Below are positions 52,954-64,000 of a stretch of DNA of 64,000 nt, piece after piece; position 1 is the stretch's first letter, and every line of letters begins with the position of its first letter. Both the position numbers and the translations under genes were made by a program. Under the pieces are notes generated by a model. It was not told the origin of the DNA. It was given only the letters and a program-made list of their open reading frames with translations, and ran no database searches. Source of the DNA: Octopus vulgaris (taxonomy: Eukaryota); the NCBI GenBank assembly GCA_951406725.2, contig OX597822.1, forward strand, positions 70,370,001-70,434,000, read 5' to 3'.

Positions 52954-54989
52954 CCGCTCTCTATTTTCTCCTCTCTCTCTCATGTTACTCAGATTCTCTT
53001 TTGTTACTCTTTTTTCGATGACTGTCTCTTCTCATCTAATTGTTTGCAGAAAAAAAAAAGGACAAAAACAAAAAGATTGAATGAGTTAAACAATATAGGG
53101 AAGACTCTTCATACTTTCTAGGGGTAAGACAGGCATTCTCATCCCTGATGGTGAACAAATGAATGAAGGCAACATAGTGTAGTGATATCTTTTTAGTGTT
53201 GCTGGCGGTAGAGCAACCTCTCTAATGCTGGCTACACAAAAGAATGAACATAGTGGACTTTGTAAGGTGGCCAGTGATGGGAAAAACACCTGACCACTGA
53301 AATTATATCAGCTGTTGAATGTTTTAGTGAGACATAGCACCCAATTCATCCAAGAGGGCACATAACTGACTTGGATTGTGATTACTCATTGAAGCTATGC
53401 CTGCATGTAAAATAGGTGTAATGATGATGATGATGTGATACGCACAGAGGAACTTTAAATTCTGTGCCATAGATAAGCAGATATGAAAGGTGTTAGAAAC
53501 TGAGTGAACCTCTACATGGTTGATTGACTTAGTAGAAAGAGAAGCCAAATCTCTTTCCATTCACACCTTAATATCTTGTAAAAGGATGATGTATGGAATA
53601 AAGTAGTCCTGCACATGCTTTGCCTGGTGAAAGCCAAATGGTCAGTACTAGAATGCTTTTGATCCTAAGTTTTGTTGACCAGAGCTGACCCATACCTTAA
53701 TAACAAAAAAACAAAACAAAAAAAACAACAACAAGGAATATAAGATATGCAGCTTATTGTGTTGTACTGGGTTGGGCTTAACTGTTCAACAAAATCTGTG
53801 ACTTTAACCGATCCCATCTTTATTTGTTGGAATGCTATCGCAGGATTTAGATCTGTCAGTTTATGGTTATCGTTTTGAAGATACTGGACTGTTTCTGAAG
53901 AAAGATTTAGCTGCGGCATGAAGCAGATTGAGTGATTATAGAGAAGACAATTCATTGATTTATATGTATGTGTGTATGCATTACACATGCATATATATAT
54001 ACATATACTTGTATTTATATATATATGTATGTATGTATGTACACACATACACAGAACTTGTGTATGATACGTGCATATGCGTGAGACATATGTGCTTATG
54101 TGTGTATATGCGTGTGTCTGTGTGCACACACAGTAGTGTATGTATATTGGAAATTTATATCATGGATTTTCATTATGTGTTTATGTATGTATCTACATGA
54201 CTACATTTATAGTGGATTTATACTGTATGTGTATACACACATGTGTATATGGAATATCTGAAAGGATGTGTATGAATTATTTCCCTCTATACATTGACAC
54301 ACACACACACATATTATGCGCGTCGCCCTACAAACACACACATACATAGACATACATAATGGTTTTTCATTCTTTGAAATCTGTTCGGAATATAAAAGCA
54401 ATCTAAGTAGTTAAATGGTTTCCATTGCTACCATTTTGCTACTGAAGAAGCTGCTATTGAGGTGATAATTAGCAAGAAGGCCCTCTATTATGGCAATACA
54501 ATTACATGATGGTTAAATAGAGGATAGCGCCAGTAACGGTAACCCTTGGCTATCTCCCATGCTACATTTATCTAATGTGAAGTCATTATTCAGTAAAGAC
54601 CACTGGCTTATTGAATCTCTTTCTCTTCCTTTTTCTCTCTTATAAGCATTCACTTGTATGCTCTTCTCTACTTCTGATTGTGCGTGTTACCCTTCCTCGA
54701 GAAATCGGGCAGCAATCTGATAATTCTGAGTTTTCTATTGGAAGATATTCTAGAACCTGTACTTGAAAATTCTTTCCTTTGTTATTGTCTTGTTCTTAAA
54801 TCTGTGGCTTCACTATTGCCTCTCTCTCTCTCTCTCTCTTGCTTTCATGAATACATGTGACTATACATGGAAACACATGCAGATACACATACACAAATGT
54901 GTGTGTGTGCATGTACATATGTGTATGAATGCATATGTATATGCATGCATATATAAATATATGTATATATTTGTGTGTGTGTGTGTATG

Positions 54990-55022
<33 letters not shown>

Positions 55023-56290
55023 ACACACACGCATAATAAAAATGTAAAATTAATGTATATAGACACATCTATACACAATGATGCGTAAGTGCAACACACA
55101 CAAATACAACAAACAAAAATAGGAAACAAAAGCAACATTTTGTGGGTTGATTTTTGTTAATATCAGCTGATGAAATTATATCATGTTTAAAAAAAAAAAA
55201 AAATTCTTAATTTAATTTTTTTTTTTTCATGACTCAATCATATTTAGTTAATTAAAATGAAAATTTTCATTCAACAACAAAAGAACAACCTCAAAAAAAA
55301 AAAAAGTTGTAAATGTTAAAGAACAAAAAAGGGAAAAAATATATACAACAAATAGCAAGAAGAATCAAAAAAAAAAAAAAAAAAATTACTATATCTGTGA
55401 GGAAAACTGGACTGGAAGAGAAAATAAGAGAATTCTTGTATCTATTATACCAAGTTAGTCAGGGAATTATTTTCATAATAGTTTTGTTGTAGACTCTGCA
55501 GCTTCCTATAAGTTAACTATATAGTACCATGTTAAGTTCTCTCTCGTCTGCAGGCACCGTTTGTTTCTTACATTATTGGTCTTCATTTTATATGATGTCA
55601 TTTCATAGTTACAAATTAGATGTTAAAAAATAGGAGGTTGGCGGTGGGGAGGGGGATGAATAAATAAAAGACTAAAAGCTAAAAAAAAAAAAAAATCCCC
55701 AAAACAGAACAAAAAGATGGGGGGGAAAAAAAAATTTCGTTTTGTTTAACTTGCTAGTTATGGTTTGTTCCCAGTTGATAAGGCTTCCGCATCTCTTTGT
55801 GCATTTGTTACTATGGAAATGATTTCCAAACCATTCTCTGAAGTGTGTTTTATTTGGAGATAACATGTTTCTCTTTCCTCTTGTCCAGTGCTTTAACATT
55901 TCTAGCAACACTGTACTCCACCACCACCACCACTACCACCACCGCTGCCACAATATCTTCACCATCATCATCATCACCATCACCACCACCACCACCACCC
56001 TCATCATCATCATCATCATCGTCATGACTGCCTAGATTATTATTACTATTACCATCACAATAGACACCATTACCATTGTTGTCTCTTTCATCCGCTCTCA
56101 CATCATCGTCATCATTCTTGTCGTCGCCGTTGTCGTCATGAGTATCATCATGATCATCAGCATCATTGATGCATGCTTTTTGATATTTCATTCTCGCTGT
56201 CGCTTTAATATCTCTCTGCCATTTACTATAATATTTAGGAGCATGAAGATAAGAACCTTGAATGACTCTGTGTGTGTGTATGTGTATGCA

Positions 56291-56331
<41 letters not shown>

Positions 56332-56944
56332 CTGTATCTAATTTATCTCCTTTTGAAATTGAGCAGTTTGAGAATTAGATTCAAATTCTTTCCCCCCTCC
56401 CACCCTTATTGTAACCATCAAGGGAATCTGAAATCTTGTTATTTCCTTTTCAAATTGGTATCAAGATGTATATGGGTGATAAGGTCCTGCTATAGAATAG
56501 AACTGGTTACATTACATCTTAATTAGTTCCAATGGTCTTACATTAATTGTAGACGGTTTAAACAGGTTGGCCGATTGACTGCACGGTCAAGATATCAGAC
56601 TACACCCTTCTAAGATCAAGAGTTCACAAGTATTGTTCTTTGGTTACTTTAAGGTGATTGATATTATTTTGCTTGTGTTAGTTAGCTAATCTATCTCTAC
56701 AGACAGGTATCCACTTGATTATCACAACCACCATTATCTTTAGCAAAGTGTTACTTCTGTCTTAGAGCGCTTCTGTCATTCTCAGCAACATAGTATATGT
56801 AATCAACTAGAAACTCGTTGCCCTTAGTGTCATGTTTTCTAACCTGCGTCCCACTTGGCATGGCTAAGAATATTTGACAGTATTATTTGTTTCATTGACA
56901 TCTTTCCTGAAGAGAGCAAACTGTTAAGTGAAAGTTATGCCAAG

Positions 56945-57163
56945 AAGGCGGCAAGCTGGCAGAAATGTTAGCACGCCGGGTGAAACGCTTAGCGGCATTT
57001 CTTCTGTCTTAATGTTCTGAGTTCAAATTCCGTCCAAGTCGACTTTGCCTTTCATCCTCTCGGGGTTGATAAATTAAGTACCAGCTGTGAACTAGGGGTT
57101 GATCTAATCGACTGGCCCCCACCCTCCCCAAAAATTTTGAGCCTTGTGCCTAGAGCAGAAAAA
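56945..57163 (+). mobile_element. Family B SINE with 13-bp TSD
   Basis: aaagttatgccaa at 56931-56943 and 57164-57176. Confidence 0.95.
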
Positions 57164-57555
57164 AAAGTTATGCCAAAAATTTGAACTCAGGATATTTTGG
57201 TTTCAATTTTTGTCATAAGGCCAGCAATTTCAGGTTAGGGACATAAGTTGATTAGTTTGATCTTAGTTCTTGACTGGTACAAGTCGTCATCGACTTATGA
57301 CCTGTCTGACTTATGACCAATCACCTTTACGACGATTGGCATGCCGGCTCCCGGCAGCAATAATAACTAATCCAGTTGAAATCTAATGGGTTTAATTTCT
57401 TAGAAATTAACCCACAGATGTTTATAAGACAACTGCTTGAGACTCTGAAATTTTTGACTAATGTTAGTATAATAGTATAATACAGAATGCTGCGTGTGAT
57501 TTTTACCTGAGAATGTACCTTAAGAATGTAAAGATATAAAACAAAGCTATGTAGG

Positions 57556-57729
57556 GTTTTATATTTAAGAGATGAGGAATTATGTTTACATCATTTACAT
57601 TTGACGGCTATTTGTCCTCATCTTGTTTGTTGTTAACACGTTTCAGCTGATATATCCTCCAGCCTTCATCTTGGGGGAAATTTCAAACCTGGGTTCTTGT
57701 TCCTAAAGTATTTTTCAATATCATCATCA

Positions 57730-57761
<32 letters not shown>

Positions 57762-58060
57762 GAGGTCACTGCCTGGAATCGAACTTGGAATCTTGGGTTT
57801 AGTAGCCCATGCTCTTAATCACTACGCATAAGGCGTAGTGGTTAAGAGTGCAGACTACTAACCACAAAATTCTGAGTTCGATTCTAGGCAGTGACTGGAA
57901 TAATAATAATAATAATAACATCGAAAAATACCTTAAGAATGAGAACCCAGGTTTGAAATTTCCCCCAAGACACCTGAAGAAAGCTGGAGGGTATATCAGC
58001 CGAAACATTGTGTTAACAACAAACAAGATGAGGACAAATATCTGTCTAATGTAAATAATT
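57556..58060. mobile_element. Head-to-head inverted dimer of a tRNA-headed SINE with a hammerhead-containing tail
   Basis: Arms 57556-57827 (-) and 57833-58060 (+) with 5-nt spacer ataag; A box tagtggttaag, B box gagttcgattc; flanked by ctatgtagg at 57547-57555 and 58061-58069. Confidence 0.9.
57969..58014 (+). ncRNA. Minimal type I hammerhead ribozyme motif (slightly decayed)
   Basis: Stem I GACAC/GTGTT; CTGAAGA 57974-57980; stem II (A)GCTG...CAGC(C), with GGCTG in the other arm; GAAAC 58002-58006 then ATT (other arm GAAACGT, palindromic ACGT). Confidence 0.7.
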
Positions 58061-59634
58061 CTATGTAGGCCTACAGGCTGACTTACAATGAAATTGACTT
58101 ACAACCAGTCAGTTGGAAACAATGTGGTCATAAGTTGATGACCTGTACTTATTTTATCAACTATGAAAGGATGAAAGGTAAAGTCAACCTTGACAGAATT
58201 TGAACTCAGAACATAAAAACAGAGACAATGGCACTAAGCATTTTGCCCAGTGTGTTAACAATTCTGCCAACTCACTGCCTTATATTCAGTAAATATTAAA
58301 ACTATTTCTATTTAATTTTATGGTTAAAATATGGAGAATGAGTAGTAATTTTTTTTATATTGTGATCATCATTTTTCAGATCACTTCTACCTAATTTGTT
58401 TTGTTTAATGTGAGGGAACTCACCTAGAAATTTAATTTAATTAAAAAAAAAAAAGTCAAACTCTTATTAATTTTAAAAAGTTGGATATTTTATAATAAGT
58501 AAAATGTGCTCATATATATATATATATTAAAATCAGCAACATAAAAATTATGAATCTAATCAACATAATTTTGAATGAGATGATGATGGTGGTGGTGATG
58601 ATATGATGTTTGCTGAAGATGGAGAATTTAATAGAAATGATGACGACAACAACAACGACGGTGGTGGTGGTGGTGATGTCGATGGTGGCGAGGAAAAATT
58701 TGAATTTTATTAGCGATGAAAGAAAGAAATATTTGAAGGTCTTTTATCTGTTGTCTATTTGCCAGCTAATCTGTGATCCGTCTATGGCAAAAATAACCCT
58801 TGCATATAACTAACTCACTTATCAATAGATGACATTGAATTTATATGTTAATGATACAAATTTTCTGCTGCAGCCAAAGGGATTATAAAGACTTATTACA
58901 GCCAAATAGAATTGTTGTGAGGTTTATTTGCGTCTGAATAGTTTTACAGAAATAAACCACTTGTTATTGTTGTCCGTGTTCAAATCAGATAGTGATGCTG
59001 CCAATTTCAGCTTCATCTGTGTCTCGAAACAAAGGGATAATTATAAAATCAGGCATATCAAATCAAACCAAAATACAACTTGATACAATCAGAATAGAAT
59101 TGGTGCTTTTGAGGGAAAAGGACCAAAATGGCACTAAACAGCTCAGCAATGAGAGTGTATACATACAACACATATACACACACACACACATGTAACACGT
59201 ATGTACATGGGCTTTGCATTTACCTGGTAATTTGCTTGGCTTAGACAAGAATTGTTTTGTAGTTAGTTAATGAATAAATGAACAGATTTATAGCTCTGTG
59301 TGAGAGATTTTACTTCAAAGGAAATGATTTTTGGCTTTTCTCCATAGAATTTCACTCATTGGATGACTGACACACGCCTTTATGATTTGTCAACACTCTG
59401 ATTTTGGTACTAATTTAGCTGGTGTGTGTGTGTGTGTGTGTGTGTTTGTATATGTGTGTGTCTGTATATATGTATGTGTGTGTGTGTGTGTTTGTATATG
59501 CGTGTGTCTGTATATGTATTTGTGTGTTTTTATATATACACATTTATGTATGCATGTATATATGCCTGTATGTGTGTGTATATATATATGTGTGTGTGTG
59601 TGTGTGTCTGTGTATATATATGTATATATATATA

Positions 59635-59682
<48 letters not shown>

Positions 59683-59756
59683 GATATCTATGGGTGTGTA
59701 TGTATGTATGTATGTATGTTTAGATATCTATGGGTGCATATATGTGTATGTATGGG

Positions 59757-59789
<33 letters not shown>

Positions 59790-59791
<2 letters not shown>

Positions 59792-60055
59792 CAATGGCCT
59801 TTTTGTGTGCACAGTCTGTGACAGACCATACCTGTCTTTTACTGGCCTCAATTCTCATCTGCGATCCATGATAGATCGTTAGCCACTACACACATTTTTT
59901 TCTCCTTGTTTTTTCTGTGTCCCTTTCTGTAGAAGAGCGTAGGCTTGAAATGTAAAAGACTTTTTCTATTCATGAGTGTTATACTAATACATTTGTTTGT
60001 TTTGTGTACCACCTGTCTTTGTCTTTTGTTTTTTTCATAAACTCTCCCTATATAT
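59790..60055 (+). mobile_element. RTE-like LINE 3' end (C2H2 finger) with a hammerhead-like tail
   Basis: 59802-59867 reads FVCTVCDRPYLSFTGLNSHLRS (CX2CX12H; the last H is restored by a 1-nt indel), like RTE C-terminal fingers; HHR-like motif at 59923-59958. Confidence 0.65.
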
Positions 60056-61816
60056 AAAATTACTTCAAATACATTATATTGCAAATGTAGTTAGTCTTTA
60101 GTCTCATAGCTTCTCTCTGTCTGTCTTCCGCCCCACCGTTGTCCAATAAACTGTAGTTGAATATATTCAAATTGTGTGAAACCTGTATGTAGGCTAGATT
60201 TGAACTTACTTCCACCTGTTCAGAATGTAACATATTTTTCTTGCTGAGTTAGATCATCAAGAAGTATTATTATTGTAAAATGAATAAAATGCTATATTAT
60301 TGAATAGATTTTAACAGAGACTGACTTTTCTTGTTCTTACATATCTGTTTCTTATGCAATTTAATACTCAATCTTTTATCCTTTCTCCCTTTATCTCTCA
60401 TCCGCTCTCTCTCTTTTTATCTTTCTTTCTCTTGTTATCTAGATTTCTTTATCTCTTTTCACTATGACTTTCTTATCTAGATCTCTCGTTTTCCTTCTCG
60501 CTCTCTTTTATATTTTTTCCAATGTCTTTTGTCCCACTTCTCCTCTTTCCGACACCCAATCTCTCTTCATTTTCTTTCGGACTATATTACCCCCCTTCTC
60601 TCTCTACACATACTCTATTTCTCTCGCTCTCTCTCTCTCTCCCCTCATTTCTCCTTTTTCTAATTTCCTTTCCTTATTCTCTTCTCCTTTATATCTTTTT
60701 CCATCTGTCCATTTGTCTGTCCCGCTCTCCTGTAACTCCATCTCTATTACTTGTCCCCTCCATCTACCCCCTTCTCTTTCCCTGTCCACATTAAATATGA
60801 GCTAATGTGCAATATAGCTGTTAATGGCAGGATGTTGATTCCGACTAAGATTTGTCCATGAAGTTAGTTTGAGACTTTATATGGTATCTGCATACTGGAG
60901 CTGGAATCTCATATCTTCTATATATTCTTAACTACCGAAATGGTTCTTACACTCTGTATAGCTAAGCACCATTGCTTATGTTTCGACAAGTTTCAACAAC
61001 CAACCAACCAACTTGGGATCTCTAGAATGTGGAAGGTGTGAAGAGAAATGACTCCCACAAAAAAATAAAAATAAAGAGACTAAAAAAAAAAACCCCAACT
61101 TTCTTTGAAGTTTTCTATTCGCTGTCATATTCATTGCTATACTGCATATTGTGTATGTGTGTATTATGTTATATATATATATATATACACACATAGACAC
61201 ACGCATATAAAGCTATATTATGTATGTGTACATATAAATATATGCATATACATATGTATATGCACATGCATGTATATATATATATATATATGTATTTATA
61301 TCTATATATATGTGTATGTACACGTATGTATGTATGTATGTATGTATGTATGTGTGTGTGTTTGTATGCCTGATTTACTGTTATTTAGAAATCCCCCCCC
61401 CCCCCTCCTGTATTAATTCCTCACCTCACCTAACTCTTACTGCCACCGCTACTCCCTCTATTGATGTATTAACAGGTCTATTTAAAGATTCTCTTCATGA
61501 AATTTCTAATCCTCCATACATACATTATATTTCGTGTGTAGGTGATGGCGGAGAAGACCATGAAATTGCTGGGTGGGGTGGGGTGTATGTGTGTGTGTGC
61601 ATGCGTGTAGGTGCAGATGGGGGAGAATGGAGCGGGAGAAAGGTTTGTTTGTTTGTTTGTTTGTTTGTGTAGCATTTTACTGGTTGAAAACATGTTCTGC
61701 TTTTCTTTGGTCTGTTATCAGCTTGTATTATCAAGTCTTTTGTCTCAAAAGCCAGGAGGGTGGGTGGTATTCAAGATATCGGAATGCTGTCTGGGACTGC
61801 TTAGTGTGTGTGTGTA

Positions 61817-61872
<56 letters not shown>

Positions 61873-62228
61873 TTGAGTATGTGTGTGGTGTATGAATGTA
61901 TTTATATACGCATGTATATATAATTTCAGCTATATTCTATTGGAGAAGAATCTTATGTCTTCATTTCTCTTGGGACTCTACACTCAGACCAAATACTTAA
62001 TTTATACAGCCTTTAAATAAAGTGTAACCACGTCTTATATCTTCTAACACACCACTAACACAGTTCCTGTTTCTCTATCTTTTCTTCTATCTAACCAAAC
62101 CATACAGCATCTATGCAGAACAATGTGCAACTAGAATTACCTTCTTCTCTCTCTACCTCTCTCCCTCTCTTTCACACCTCTGTGTATGCACATGTGCATG
62201 CTGTTGAGTATGTGTGTGTTTATGGAAA

Positions 62229-62284
<56 letters not shown>

Positions 62285-63699
62285 CACACACACACACGCA
62301 TATATATATACATATACATACACAGGCACACATATATACATACACTCACAATCATACATACTTATACTCATTATATGTTTGAAAGGTAAGAGAGCAAAAT
62401 CTAGACTGGTGTTATGTGTTCTGCTTGGAAAATATGTTTGTATTTTACATTACTAATTAATTCTTGTATTACACTTGTATCTCACTATAAAGTTTAACTG
62501 AGGTTATCTTCCCTTCTCTATGAAGAACAAAAAATGCCAAAAAAAAAAAAGAATCACTACAACAATATCACCCAATCAATTTTTAGAATATATTCAATTA
62601 TTTTTTTGCTAAAGATCTATTTCTGAAATAATTTCTAATTTCCTTTATGGCTTTCAAGTATAATTTGAATATCAACCACTTTTTTTTAAAGTCGCATGGC
62701 ACTGTCTTGCTTCTCCCGTAATTCCATTAGGTTAAAAAATACAAGTGAAATATTACTGTTACAAATTGGTTTTAGAGAATTTTCTTTTATCCCTCCCCAC
62801 CTTGCTAATTTGAATATTTGTATATAAACCTAGATACAGCTCCATTTCGGTAATATTGTGCTCTCGATGAAGGTTCTCTGAGGAATTTGAAATGGCTGAT
62901 TCAGTCGAAGAACTCAATCTCCAAACTCTCTGTTATAGCATGTATTGAGTACTTTACCGAATGATAGTAATCTTATATGAATCTCTCTCTTTCTTTCTGT
63001 CCATGTGTATGTGGTTTGGGTTTATGTACGGACCCCTGTCCCTGCCATACATAGTTGATGGTGTTAAAGCAGGGGTGATAAACTAAACCTTACATCCAAG
63101 TAGACCATAGCAACATTTTTGAACCCTGAACTCAGAGGCAGACATATGAGATGTTTTGGCCCCATCTGTTCAGTGTTGCTGATTTAATGTGGTCTTATTT
63201 GGCATTAGACCTTTTTGAAGCTTCACCCCCATGCCCTCTCTCCTCCAACTGACCCTCCTGCCCCATGCCTGTATTCCATCCCTCCCTAATCTCCTCTCTT
63301 CTCCTTCCCCTCACCTCCCCATCCCTTTCTCGTCCCTCTCCCCCTCTCTTGTCCTTGTCTCTCTCACCGCTATTCTTCTCTCACCCATTCACCGGCTTTC
63401 ACTTCTCTCCCTCTCTCACCCTGTTTCTCCTCTCTCTTCTCCACTCCTTTTTTGTCTCACCCCTGTCTCTCTATGTGTTTATTTCTGCATGCACTTGTGT
63501 GTGTGTGTGTGTGCGTGTGTGTGTGTACATGCATGTGTGCATGAGTGTGTGCCTCTAGTGCCAAAAAGCACTATCACCAAAACAGGCCAAACGTCCAGTC
63601 ATTGTGCCAAATCACCAGTGTCCAAACAGCCATACATCCAATTGTCTCATTCCAAAGACCCAGAACAAATGCCATGAAACGTCCCATCTGGTTGCTCTA

Positions 63700-63830
63700 A
63701 TACTTCTGCCAGTCCACTGCCCTAAACCGATTCTCTATCAATCTTGGAATGCTGAAAGGCAAAGTTCACCCTAGTGACATCAACCCCCACAATGAAAGAT
63801 GACTAATAAATGTCACAATGCACCTCATTT
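63700..63830 (-). mobile_element. Decayed family-B-like SINE fragment
   Basis: tctatcaatcttggaatgctgaaaggcaaagttcacc. Confidence 0.45.
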
Positions 63831-64000
63831 GGCACTTTAATCATTCATTCAGTTTATATACAACTTCATCTTGACATTTGCAATCTTTTTGCTCTCATGT
63901 TCCATTGGCAACCTTGGATTTTCACATGTTGTGCAAGTCATTGCAAGGTTTTTACAGTGTTGCATCTTATGAGAGGATAGATAATCCTGTGTTATCACAG

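Larger units (their letters stand above)
57280..58145. mobile_element. Tigger/pogo-type non-autonomous DNA transposon
   Basis: TA-caagtcgtcatcgacttatgacc ... ggtcataagttgatgacctg-TA imperfect TIRs with TA TSD and subterminal gacttay repeats. Confidence 0.85.
57198..58281 (-). mobile_element. Family B SINE split in two (57198-57279 and 58146-58281) by nested insertions
   Basis: Joining ...tgactggTA to cttattttatcaa...ggatgaaagg restores the family B minus-strand sequence. Confidence 0.85.

Noticed and set aside
57833-57890. Functional tRNA gene
   Set aside because: A and B boxes are present but there is no proper acceptor or anticodon stem, and it runs into a repeat body; it is a SINE head. 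The same applies to family A and B heads.

Overview
AT-rich, microsatellite-dense animal genomic DNA. It looks like the inside of very large introns, most likely from an octopus or other coleoid cephalopod; that assignment is inferred from the tRNA-derived SINE families and the (TA)n/(CA)n/(AAT)n density. Almost every ORF in the supplied track is a microsatellite or SINE artefact. Only one convincing host coding exon is visible (3954-4012, + strand, ...PSNYNPDTLETLSSMVIHE...), and I cannot name the gene. The rest is transposon debris: over 20 tRNA-SINE copies from at least three families, Tigger/pogo-, hAT- and piggyBac-type MITEs, and LINE remnants (R4/Dong, RTE-like, CR1-like, Penelope-like). 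The most interesting signal is that minimal type I hammerhead ribozyme (HHR) motifs occur in several unrelated short retroelements. These are a mini-Penelope-like element (9409-9651), a tRNA-headed SINE present as a head-to-head palindromic dimer with a single 9-bp TSD (57556-58060), and the tail after an RTE-like zinc-finger end (59790-60055). A further decayed motif lies near 62.9 kb. All folds and family assignments were made by eye and from memory, without searches.
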